A DNA stretch of 64,000 bases from assembly GCA_934256705.1 (NCBI GenBank), contig CAKQPF010000001.1, positions 40,850-104,849 on the forward strand. Direction: 5' to 3'. The notes below the pieces were generated by a model. The model saw only the letters and a list, made by a program, of their open reading frames with translations, searched no databases and was not told where the DNA came from. Position 1 is the first letter of the stretch. Each line of letters opens with the position of its first letter. Made by a program: the position numbers and the translations under genes. Origin of the DNA: an uncultured Prevotella sp. GTDB lineage: Bacteria; Bacteroidota; Bacteroidia; Bacteroidales; Bacteroidaceae. Positions 42,798 through 51,800 of the stretch are shown here, in pieces.

Positions 42798-43928
42798 ATG
42801 TTTTCAGAAGAATTAAAGAAAATCAGTTGGGAAGAGACCACAGAGCGAATAGCCCACATGACCGACAACGACGTGCGACGTGCCTTGGCAAAGGACCACT
42901 GCGACGTCAATGACTTCATGGCACTCCTCTCACCTGCTGCCGAGCCATACCTCGAACAGATGGCACGCCTCTCACGCAAATACACAGAAGAGAGATTCGG
43001 AAAGACCATGTCTATGTTCATTCCGCTCTATATCACAAACGCATGCAGCAACTCATGCGTCTATTGCGGCTTCCACCGCGAAAACCCGATGGCACGCACC
43101 ATCCTCACGCCTGAGCAGATAGAGAATGAATACAAAGCCATCAAAGAGCTCGCACCATTCGAGAATATCCTCCTCGTGACAGGTGAGAATCCTGCCAAAG
43201 CTGGTGTCCCATATCTCGCTAAAGCTATCGACATAGCAAAGAAATACTTCTCTAACATCAAGATTGAGGTGATGCCTCTCGCAACTGAAGAATACGCCGA
43301 ACTCACACACCACGGACTCAACGGAGTAATATGCTTCCAAGAGACTTACCACCGCGAAAACTACAAGCTCTATCACCCACGCGGCATGAAGAGCAAGTTT
43401 GAATGGCGTTGCGACGGCTTCGACCGCATGGGACAAGCCGGCGTCCACTCCATCGGAATGGGAGTACTCATAGGTCTCGAAAAAGACTGGCGCACCGACG
43501 TCACCATGATGGCATACCATCTGCGCTATCTCCAGAAGCACTACTGGCGCACAAAGTACAGCATCAACTTCCCACGTATGCGCCCGGCGCAGAATGAAGG
43601 CTTCCAGCCAAACTGCTACATGACCGACCGCCAGCTTGCGCAAGCCACCTTCGCGATGCGCATCTTCGATCACGACGTGGACATCTCATACTCCACACGT
43701 GAGCCAGCCTTCATCCGCGACAATATGTGTACCCTCGGTGTCACAACAATGTCAGCAGAGTCAAAGGTAAACCCTGGCGGTTACCACACATATCCACAAG
43801 CCCTCGAACAGTTCACCGTCTCCGACGAGCGCACAGCAAAGGAAATCAACCAGCGACTCAAAGACCTCGGTCGTGAGCCGGTATGGAAAGACTGGGATGC
43901 CTCCTTCGACCTCTTCAAAGTGGTATAA
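42798..43928 (+). CDS. thiH: 2-iminoacetate synthase (radical SAM tyrosine lyase)
   Basis: Radical SAM CNSSCVYCGF motif, 376 aa. Confidence 0.9.
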   Translation: MFSEELKKISWEETTERIAHMTDNDVRRALAKDHCDVNDFMALLSPAAEPYLEQMARLSRKYTEERFGKTMSMFIPLYITNACSNSCVYCGFHRENPMARTILTPEQIENEYKAIKELAPFENILLVTGENPAKAGVPYLAKAIDIAKKYFSNIKIEVMPLATEEYAELTHHGLNGVICFQETYHRENYKLYHPRGMKSKFEWRCDGFDRMGQAGVHSIGMGVLIGLEKDWRTDVTMMAYHLRYLQKHYWRTKYSINFPRMRPAQNEGFQPNCYMTDRQLAQATFAMRIFDHDVDISYSTREPAFIRDNMCTLGVTTMSAESKVNPGGYHTYPQALEQFTVSDERTAKEINQRLKDLGREPVWKDWDASFDLFKVV

Positions 43929-44052
43929 GCCCAAATATCCCATAGCATTGGTTGCCAGTTGAATAACAAAAACAACTGGCAACCATTCTTCATTTAACAA
44001 GCAGCCACTGTGTCAGCCACGTTACCGGCTGATATCTACATCATCCCGCACA

Positions 44053-44658
44053 ATGAAAATAATAATAATAACCACCCCCGAAATCCGCCAAGGCGAGACC
44101 GCCATCATCAACGCCCTATTCCAGGAAGGCCTCCAGCGCCTCCATCTCCGCAAGCCCTCAGCCACAGCCTCACAGATGGAAGAATACATCAACCAGATAG
44201 CCCCTGCCTACCGCAGCCGAATAGTGCTCCATGACCACCACGACCTCGTCCGCAAGATGCACCTCGGAGGCGTGCACCTCAACTCCCGCAACCCTCTTCC
44301 CCCCACATGGCTGGCAGAAGCCACCCACCCCATCACCATCTCCCGCTCCTGCCACTCCATAGCAGAAGCCCGCGAGCAACTCCCCCACTCCGACTACATC
44401 TTCCTGAGCCCCATCTTCGACAGCATCTCAAAGCAGGGCTACCACTCCGCCTACACCGAAGCCGAGCTCCGTCAAGCCGCCGAAGAAGGCATCCTCACCG
44501 CAAAGACCTACGCATTGGGAGGCATCTCCCTCACCAATCTCCCCATTCTCCACCGCCTCGGATTCCAAGGTGCCGCCATCCTCGGCGACCTCTGGTCCCG
44601 TCCCATCCCCGCCATCCTCCCCCATTTCCGCGCCTATCTCTCCGCTATCAAGGGATAG
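44053..44658 (+). CDS. Thiamine-phosphate synthase family protein, second copy (TenI-like)
   Basis: 201 aa ThiE/TenI fold. Last gene of the thi cluster, as in other Bacteroides thiSEGCHF-tenI operons. Confidence 0.75.
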   Translation: MKIIIITTPEIRQGETAIINALFQEGLQRLHLRKPSATASQMEEYINQIAPAYRSRIVLHDHHDLVRKMHLGGVHLNSRNPLPPTWLAEATHPITISRSCHSIAEAREQLPHSDYIFLSPIFDSISKQGYHSAYTEAELRQAAEEGILTAKTYALGGISLTNLPILHRLGFQGAAILGDLWSRPIPAILPHFRAYLSAIKG

Positions 44659-44981
44659 CCACACACAGCGTCAGCCTTTCTTCATTTGACAACCCGCCAC
44701 TGTGTCGGGCGCATTACCGCCCGATATAATCAAGAAAATACCACAGCACAAATAGCACAAACACACAAAATGCAAGGAAAAAGAAACATTTTCTGACAAT
44801 TTATGTTGTAATTTCAAAAATTATGCTTAATTTTGGAGCGTCATATTATTTAGCAACTGATTTCCACGCCCTGTGCACCGCCACAACCTGCGGTCAGCAG
44901 GACATCTGAATAGATGCTGGAAAAATGGGAATCAGGAAGAAACATCACATTAACCTATAACAATCCACAAACAAGAAGACT

Positions 44982-45164
44982 ATGACTGGAGCAATAATAA
45001 TACTTATAATAGGAATACTCGTAATGGCAGTCCTGCCAAACTTCCTTTCCGGCTCCAAGCGGAGCAAAGCCAAGAGGCAGAAAGTGCTTATCTGCAAGAT
45101 TATCGGCTGGCTACTGATATTCCTGGGAATATATGATGCGCTCAGCGTGCTGCTCGGCGCATAG
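44982..45164 (+). CDS. Small two-TM membrane protein (hypothetical)
   Basis: 60 aa with two hydrophobic helices separated by KRSKAKRQK. First ORF after the AT-rich region at the left edge of the cassette. Confidence 0.35.
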   Translation: MTGAIIILIIGILVMAVLPNFLSGSKRSKAKRQKVLICKIIGWLLIFLGIYDALSVLLGA

Positions 45165-45276
45165 GCAGCAGATGCTGTCCCCTCTTCTTCTGCAGCTAAC
45201 CACACAGCAGCAGTAACTCCATTCAGAAAAACCATCCCACAGAAAGAAAACAACAATCAAATAAACATTACGCACT

Positions 45277-46611
45277 ATGATAAACAAGATTTTATCTCTC
45301 ATCACAGTATGTATCGGTATGGCATGGCTTTCGTCATGCGGTTCATCAGCCAGAGTGGACGACATGAGCAACATCGGCGCATTCCACAAATACAGTTCAA
45401 TCAAGGAAGCCAACGTCCTCGCCACTGACGACAAGGGCGACGGCGGCGCAGTAGTGGACCTTTACATCGACTACTCCGACTGCATGACCACCGCAAACGA
45501 GTCTCCTTACTACAAGAGCGTGCAGCCTGCCATCATAGCATGCAACCCTAACTACTACTCCATCAAGGGCAATACCATCACATTCGAGTCCAACGACAAG
45601 ATGAAGGTGCACCAGTTGCTCAACTCCATCACCAACGTGGATTTTTCCAACATCAAGGGCGCGGTGGACAGCATCATCAAAAACCGCCACGAAGCCATGA
45701 TCATCACCGACGGTGAATTCTACCAGCAGGGCATCGGAGCAAACCTCAACAACCCTTACCTCGCCGACGAATTCAAGCAGTGGCTCGGCATGGGCCTCGA
45801 TGTCTATGTCTATAGCGAGCCTTACCAGTCCGGCAAGTTCGTGAAAAACCGCTATTACATGCTCTTCACCGACCATCGCCTCAACAACAACATACAGCAG
45901 ATATTCTCACGCGTGGCTCCAAGCCAGGCTGACGTGAAGATGGTGCACCTCTACAGCGGCATCCCTTCTGCCAAGGTGGGCAAGGACGGCGTGGACCTCA
46001 ACGAGCAGCTGCTCGCCACTGACGAGAAGGAAATCAACCAGGCTGCAGGCTACGAATGGCATATCCTCGACGAGAAATGGACCAATGTCTTCGACTATAT
46101 CCTCAATGCTACTGACGACAACGGCAACCCTGTCAAGGGTGGCGACTACTATCTCAGGGGCATAGACCTCGGCGTGACGGCTGAAGATGCTTACAAGCCA
46201 GCTGAAATAGAGGTGAAATGCTATGAGATCAGCGACCTCTATGATAGCTTCAACCCTTCAGCAAAGAAGAAGGTGGCTCTGCCTGAACCGCTCAAGAACA
46301 TGTTTGTCATCGACGAAGCGGCATGGAAGAGCGGCAAGGTGGTGGTGAAACTCGACCCTGCATTCGACGGCAGTTCGCTGACCGGAAGCAACGGCAACCT
46401 TCTCCGCCTCGACATCTGCGTGAAGGAGTCAAAGGAGAATTTCTCATCCAATCCTGAGATAGGCGACAAGTTCAAGTTCGACTCTCCTTACGGTCTCAAC
46501 ACCTCCGTCTATGAGAGCCTCAAGCAGACCCTCCTCGACCCTGCCATCAGTCCGGAAAAGAGCGGCAACCCTGTCATCTACAGCATCTACCTCTCCACTT
46601 ACGGCAATTAA
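45277..46611 (+). CDS. Lipoprotein with vWA-like (MIDAS) domain (cassette gene 1)
   Basis: Lipoprotein signal LSSCGSS. VVDLYIDYSDCMTT resembles a DxSxS MIDAS motif. AMIITDGEF resembles the conserved vWA LTDG motif. Confidence 0.55.
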   Translation: MINKILSLITVCIGMAWLSSCGSSARVDDMSNIGAFHKYSSIKEANVLATDDKGDGGAVVDLYIDYSDCMTTANESPYYKSVQPAIIACNPNYYSIKGNTITFESNDKMKVHQLLNSITNVDFSNIKGAVDSIIKNRHEAMIITDGEFYQQGIGANLNNPYLADEFKQWLGMGLDVYVYSEPYQSGKFVKNRYYMLFTDHRLNNNIQQIFSRVAPSQADVKMVHLYSGIPSAKVGKDGVDLNEQLLATDEKEINQAAGYEWHILDEKWTNVFDYILNATDDNGNPVKGGDYYLRGIDLGVTAEDAYKPAEIEVKCYEISDLYDSFNPSAKKKVALPEPLKNMFVIDEAAWKSGKVVVKLDPAFDGSSLTGSNGNLLRLDICVKESKENFSSNPEIGDKFKFDSPYGLNTSVYESLKQTLLDPAISPEKSGNPVIYSIYLSTYGN

Positions 46612-46797
46612 AAGGACAGCAATCAGAAGAACAAGGACAGCCCCTGTGTCCGCCGCGTTACCGGCGGATATGTCCAGCACCCTGTGACCAAAGAAAGCCC
46701 CTCCAGGGAGGGGATGGGGAGGGCTCCCACTCTTCATTCTTCATTTATAAAAAGATTCTTCATTTATAAAATAATAACCTAAAAAAATAATATCACT

Positions 46798-47187
46798 ATG
46801 GCAAGTTTCTCACAGAACATCACAACGGCAGCGCAGCTCCACTCAGCTGAAACCGCTACCTACCTCATTGACGCAGTAATCGGCGTGGCATTCGTCGTTC
46901 TCATCCTCATCGTGGCTAACATGATCTCATGGCAACCGGGAGCTCACGACCCATCACCTGCCAAGCGCAGAACATGGTTCTGGATATTGGGAGTAGCCAC
47001 ACTGTTCACCAATCTCGCCGTGGATTACTTCAACTGGATGCGCCATATCACAAAGGCACAGTTCACCAGCGAATACACCATCCACATGATTGCAGCCTCT
47101 GTAGTGGGCGTGCTCATCTATGGCATCGTGACTTTCGCCATCTGCAAGATGCAGAAGAAGGACACTAAACTGGCTTCTATGTTTTGA
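46798..47187 (+). CDS. Small 3-TM membrane protein (cassette gene 2)
   Basis: 129 aa with three hydrophobic helices. Confidence 0.5.
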   Translation: MASFSQNITTAAQLHSAETATYLIDAVIGVAFVVLILIVANMISWQPGAHDPSPAKRRTWFWILGVATLFTNLAVDYFNWMRHITKAQFTSEYTIHMIAASVVGVLIYGIVTFAICKMQKKDTKLASMF

Positions 47188-47254
47188 TCTGTCATCTGGT
47201 GGGCTTGATGTTTTATGGTAAAAAAAGACATCCCACCTCTTCACCCCACTTTAT

Positions 47255-47287
47255 TTAACGGTGGCAATTTACAGAACCACCCTAAAA
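47255..47287 (+). promoter_or_regulatory. Conserved 32-nt element with GGTGG-N12-CCACC inverted repeat and Bacteroidetes -7-like box, 14 nt upstream of the FtsZ-like gene
   Basis: ttaacggtggcaatttacagaaccaccctaaa. A near-identical copy, ttaacggtggtaatttatagaaccaccctaaa, lies at 59239-59270, 11 nt upstream of the membrane GTPase gene. Confidence 0.55.
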
Positions 47288-47301
47288 AAGAACCATTACC
47301 T

Positions 47302-48873
47302 ATGAATTCATTCAACGTAATAGCGATAGGAGGAACAGGAATGCGCTGTGCAGAGTCTCTCGTACATCTCTGCTCCATGGGTATGTTTGACAATACCGAG
47401 ATACATCTCCTCGCCCTCGACACCGACTACAAGAACGGAAACTTCAAGAGGCTGAAGACTCTGGTCGATAATTACAACAGCATCACGGCCGACAGGGACG
47501 GCGTCGCTTCCGACACGCTCTTCTCGGCAAAGATTGTATATTACACCTTCAGCCCTGACTATAATGCCGGCACCAACTACGACATCGTGGCGCACTATTC
47601 CGATGCCCAGACATCAACGCACGACGAAGACGGAGTGAAATGGCAGGAAAGCGACCTCGCTGACCTCTTCCTCGACCCTAACGTGCGCAAGATGGACCTC
47701 CAGCATGGCTACCGTGCACAGACGCAGATGGGCTCCATGCTCATGTATCATGCCATCAAGGAAGAGGCATACAAGAACAAGGGAAAAGGCTCCGACCTCG
47801 TCAGATACGTGGAAAACCTTATGACAAACTCTAACCATATCGTGTTCCTCTTCGGTTCGGTATTCGGTGGCACCGGCGCTTCTTCCATCCCTGTGCTCCC
47901 TCGTGCGCTGCAGGAGGCTGCCAAGATAATATCCAAGGATAGCAACGGCGACGTGCTCTCAAATAACTATTTCGGCACCGTCATGCTGACAAACTACTTC
48001 TGTTTCGACGTGCCGAACACGCACGAGGCGGTATATGCCACATCCGACAAGTTTGCGCTCAACTCCCAGGCCGCCCTCTCTTTCTACAATGAGGACGAGA
48101 CAATAAGGGATACCTACAAGAGACTCTACCTCATAGGACGTGACAAACCGCGCAACGTGACCCGACACGAGGCTCAGAGCGTGACGGGAGGCGATGCACA
48201 GCGCAATCCGGAAGACTACATCGAACTGCTCGCCGCTTCCGCCGCCTACGACTTCTACCAGAGCGCACTGGCGCATATGCAGAAGCCGGTATTCGGCAAT
48301 GAGGCGCAGATATACTATCGCACGCTGGCTTCCGACGAGGGCGACTGCCTCACATTCGAGTCTTTCTTCGGAGAAGACAAGGACAAGTTTGCACAGAAAT
48401 GTGGCATCATGATGGCTTCCGCCTTCCTCTTCGGACCGCAGGACTTCGCCAACAACCGCCGTAACCACTCTTCCTTCCAGGCGCTCACAGAGCAGAATGT
48501 CAAGGACATACGCGACTATTTCCGCAAGTTCTATGACCTTGAGGAACTGGACGAGACAGAGCCGGGCAGCGGATGGATCAAGCAGATGCAGGAATCTGCC
48601 ATCGACATCGGCTACAAGGGCTTCCTCTTCGACCAGGCGGCATACAGCACATCTGCCAATTCGGCACGAAAGTTCAAGTACAACGACAAGCTCTTCCCTG
48701 CCGGCTCTGCCTACAAGTACAGCGTCTCGCTCATGAGCAGCGCCTTCGACACGTTCAAGAAGGAGTTTGGCGACACCGTCTTCAGTGACAGCGACAAGAC
48801 TGCCGTCTCCGCTCTCCTGAAGCGCACGTACGATACTTTCACACGTCTTTATGGTTTCACTGTAAAAAACTAA
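47302..48873 (+). CDS. Divergent FtsZ/tubulin-superfamily GTPase (cassette gene 3)
   Basis: N-terminal NVIAIGGTGMRCAESL resembles the FtsZ T1 loop. The segment GSMLMYHAIKEE...NHIVFLFGSVFGGTGASSIPVLPRAL parallels FtsZ GRKAAEES...[26 protein letters not shown] (T4/tubulin signature). The C-terminal ~300 aa are unrelated to the FtsZ C-domain. Confidence 0.6.
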   Translation: MNSFNVIAIGGTGMRCAESLVHLCSMGMFDNTEIHLLALDTDYKNGNFKRLKTLVDNYNSITADRDGVASDTLFSAKIVYYTFSPDYNAGTNYDIVAHYSDAQTSTHDEDGVKWQESDLADLFLDPNVRKMDLQHGYRAQTQMGSMLMYHAIKEEAYKNKGKGSDLVRYVENLMTNSNHIVFLFGSVFGGTGASSIPVLPRALQEAAKIISKDSNGDVLSNNYFGTVMLTNYFCFDVPNTHEAVYATSDKFALNSQAALSFYNEDETIRDTYKRLYLIGRDKPRNVTRHEAQSVTGGDAQRNPEDYIELLAASAAYDFYQSALAHMQKPVFGNEAQIYYRTLASDEGDCLTFESFFGEDKDKFAQKCGIMMASAFLFGPQDFANNRRNHSSFQALTEQNVKDIRDYFRKFYDLEELDETEPGSGWIKQMQESAIDIGYKGFLFDQAAYSTSANSARKFKYNDKLFPAGSAYKYSVSLMSSAFDTFKKEFGDTVFSDSDKTAVSALLKRTYDTFTRLYGFTVKN

Positions 48874-48883
48874 TCACTGAATC

Positions 48884-51800
48884 ATGGCAATTACAAGCAA
48901 CCTTTTACCAAAGTGCCTGAAAGGTCACGATACTCAGATGGCAAAGCCCAACACCTGGCAGAAGATGGAGCAGGCCCGACAGTTTATCGACAGCATCGAT
49001 ACCACGGGCGGAGAAATGGACGAAACCGCCAAATTCAATCTCCTCGTCTCCAGTGTGCCATCACCTTGGGCAAGAGTTCATCTCACCCAGCACGCCATCA
49101 TGCCCGGCAATGAAGCCGGCGACACACGCACTCTGACACAGTTCTACGCCTTCATGCGAAGCGAATGGCGCGGACTCATCGCTGCATACGTACTCTATCC
49201 TGAGGACTTCGAACTGACAGACCCTATCGACCTCGTGCCTAAGGACATGGCAAGCAGGTCAGGACAGTTCGACATCCTCAGCACCTACTCCGAGATGCTC
49301 TTCGAGAATGCTCCGCTCTGGAAGCACCAGAAGGGCGATAAGGAGAAGCCAAGGATGCAGTTGCTCTATTATCACAACGGTGACAACCGATTCGTCATCG
49401 GTGGCACTTCGCCGTTCAGCATCCTCTTCGCTGGCATGAACTACAGCATTCCTGACGATGACCAGAGGATATACTGGGTAAACGGCGGCAAGCTCCAGGA
49501 CCCTGCATCCAGGGAATACGAGACTTACTACAAGAAAGACGGTGCCAAATACAACGACAAGCACTTCAACAACCTCAAGAAGCTCTATTCCTTCCTCAAC
49601 GGCATCCAGAAGAATTCCGCTGAATACGTCAATACGCTCAAGAGCATCTGGGACACTGACCATAAACTGATTGACCAGCCGAGCACCACTGATGCAAGAT
49701 ACCATATCATAGGCATGGTGCTCAATGGTGCCGTGGCAAGCTGGATGGACGACATAAAGAGTATTCTCGGCAACGCAATAGCAGAGAAGGCAAAGAACAT
49801 TCCTGTCAACCACAAGCGTCCGGAAGGTCCTCTTGGACAACTGCTTGACATCAAGGCGAAATACTATTGGAGAAATGGCATCTTCTACACCAAGCCGATT
49901 GAGACCGCCAATGTCGTGGCGGAGGTCAAAGATGTGGTGGTGGAAAATGTGGAAAGCCTCTTCATCGACAGCGACTATCTGGCAGGATGGCGCGACTGTG
50001 CCGTGCCTTCCACCGACAATATGGGCAGAGCCACGGCAAGGATGGAAAACGACTACCGCATGTCTCCTGTCCATTTCCTCACCGCCATCGACGAGCAGGA
50101 CGGCAAGACATGGTTCTTTGCCGTGCCGTTCAGTGAGTTCGCACTCATGGATGTATTCAAGCAGGAGTTTGAATCCATCATCAAGGGACTTAACAAGAAC
50201 GTCATCGTCAAGGCGGAAATAAACGGCAAAAGGGTAGATGTATATCTCAAGGCACGCATCGACGGAGAGGGCGAATGGATCAACATACGCAACCGCTCAT
50301 TCAACATCGAGGTGCCTAACTCCACAAGGAAGGTATTCGCATGGCCTAACTTCTGCTCTTCCAAATGGCAGAAGTACTACTATTACAGCGAATTCCCTAC
50401 CAATGCCACCACCGATGTGCAGATGGTGCCGGTGTTTGATGAAATCGCTGACATAGAGGACAGCAACATGCTTAGCAAGGTCTCCAAGGAGGCATTCCTC
50501 AAAATGGTGAAATATCCTGCCACAGCAACGTCCGACACCCATGCATACGAAATAATAAGGACCAACAAACCGCTGAGACGCATCAAGATACGCAAGTGCA
50601 TAGGCAATTCCGTAAGCGAACTCGGATGGCTTGTATTGCGCAGGGTGCAGTACAACAATCCTGACGAGCCGCGGGGCATACAGGTCATCAGAGACACAGA
50701 CAAGTTCTCCGGCACCACCGTGGGATTCGACTTCGGCAGCACCAACTCATGCGCCTACTACTCAGGTCAGGACGCAAATGACATACGTCCGGTTCCGTTC
50801 TCCAACAGAAGACTCGCGATTATCGGCTTCGACAACAAGCCGGTGTTCACAGCGGAGCCTAACGAACTCCTCTTCATCTCCAACGAAGAGCCACGCAACA
50901 AGAACGGACAGATAAAATCATGGCTGCATGAGCACGACCAGATGTTCATCGACCCTAACATGATGGGCGAGGAACTCATCGGCGGCGTGCCTGTCAATGA
51001 GACAAACATCACCGTCAAGAGCATGACTCCTTACGAGATCACCACCAATGCCGGCAAGCTGCATTACAACATGAAGTGGCTCGTGGACTCTGACGGAAGC
51101 CGCAGAAAGGCAGCGTTCGTCAAGATGGTATGGATACAGATATGCGCCGACCTCTTCGCTGAAGGGCTTTATCCAAAGACGCTCAACTGGTCTTACCCAA
51201 GCGCTATGGGCGCAAATGACATGAGTGCATTGCAGAGCATCTACGCTGGCATTCCTTCACCATGTCCTGAATACAAACTTGATGACAGGGAGAAATTCTC
51301 CTTCACCGAGGCTGAAGCCGTCTGCTCATACTTCCTCGACAAGCGAATAGCTCTCGCAGACTACAATCTCTTCGTGGGTATCGACATTGGCGGTTCCACA
51401 TCCGACATCCTCGTGCTCGGCAAGGACACACAGGATTACTGCAACGGACAGCCTGAGACAGCCAAGCCTACCGAACCGCAGCCACAGCCTAAACCGCAAC
51501 CACAGGCGGCTCCTGCCATCAATTATGATGACTATGGCAGGAATGAGCTGGCTGATTTGGCATTCAAGCGCGGGCTCGCCACTGAGAGGGAACTGGACGA
51601 CATGGGCAGAAAGGACATCGTGGAACTGCTCAAGGCCAACGATTCCGGACAGCCAAATTACGACGACATGAGCCGCAGCGAGCTTTGCAAGGAAGTACGC
51701 CGCCTCGGTCTGGAGCATCTCATCGACCTCGAAGAGGTGAGCAGGAGCGAGATAGTGGAATTCCTCAAGAAACATTCCGGCACGCAGTCCATCGACTATA

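Noticed and set aside
43053-43673. 206-aa minus-strand ORF inside thiH
   Set aside because: It is antisense to the radical-SAM thiH gene.
44307-44729. 140-aa Pro/Arg/His-rich ORF
   Set aside because: It is an alternative frame of the tenI/thiE-like gene. The composition is typical of an out-of-frame GC-rich translation.
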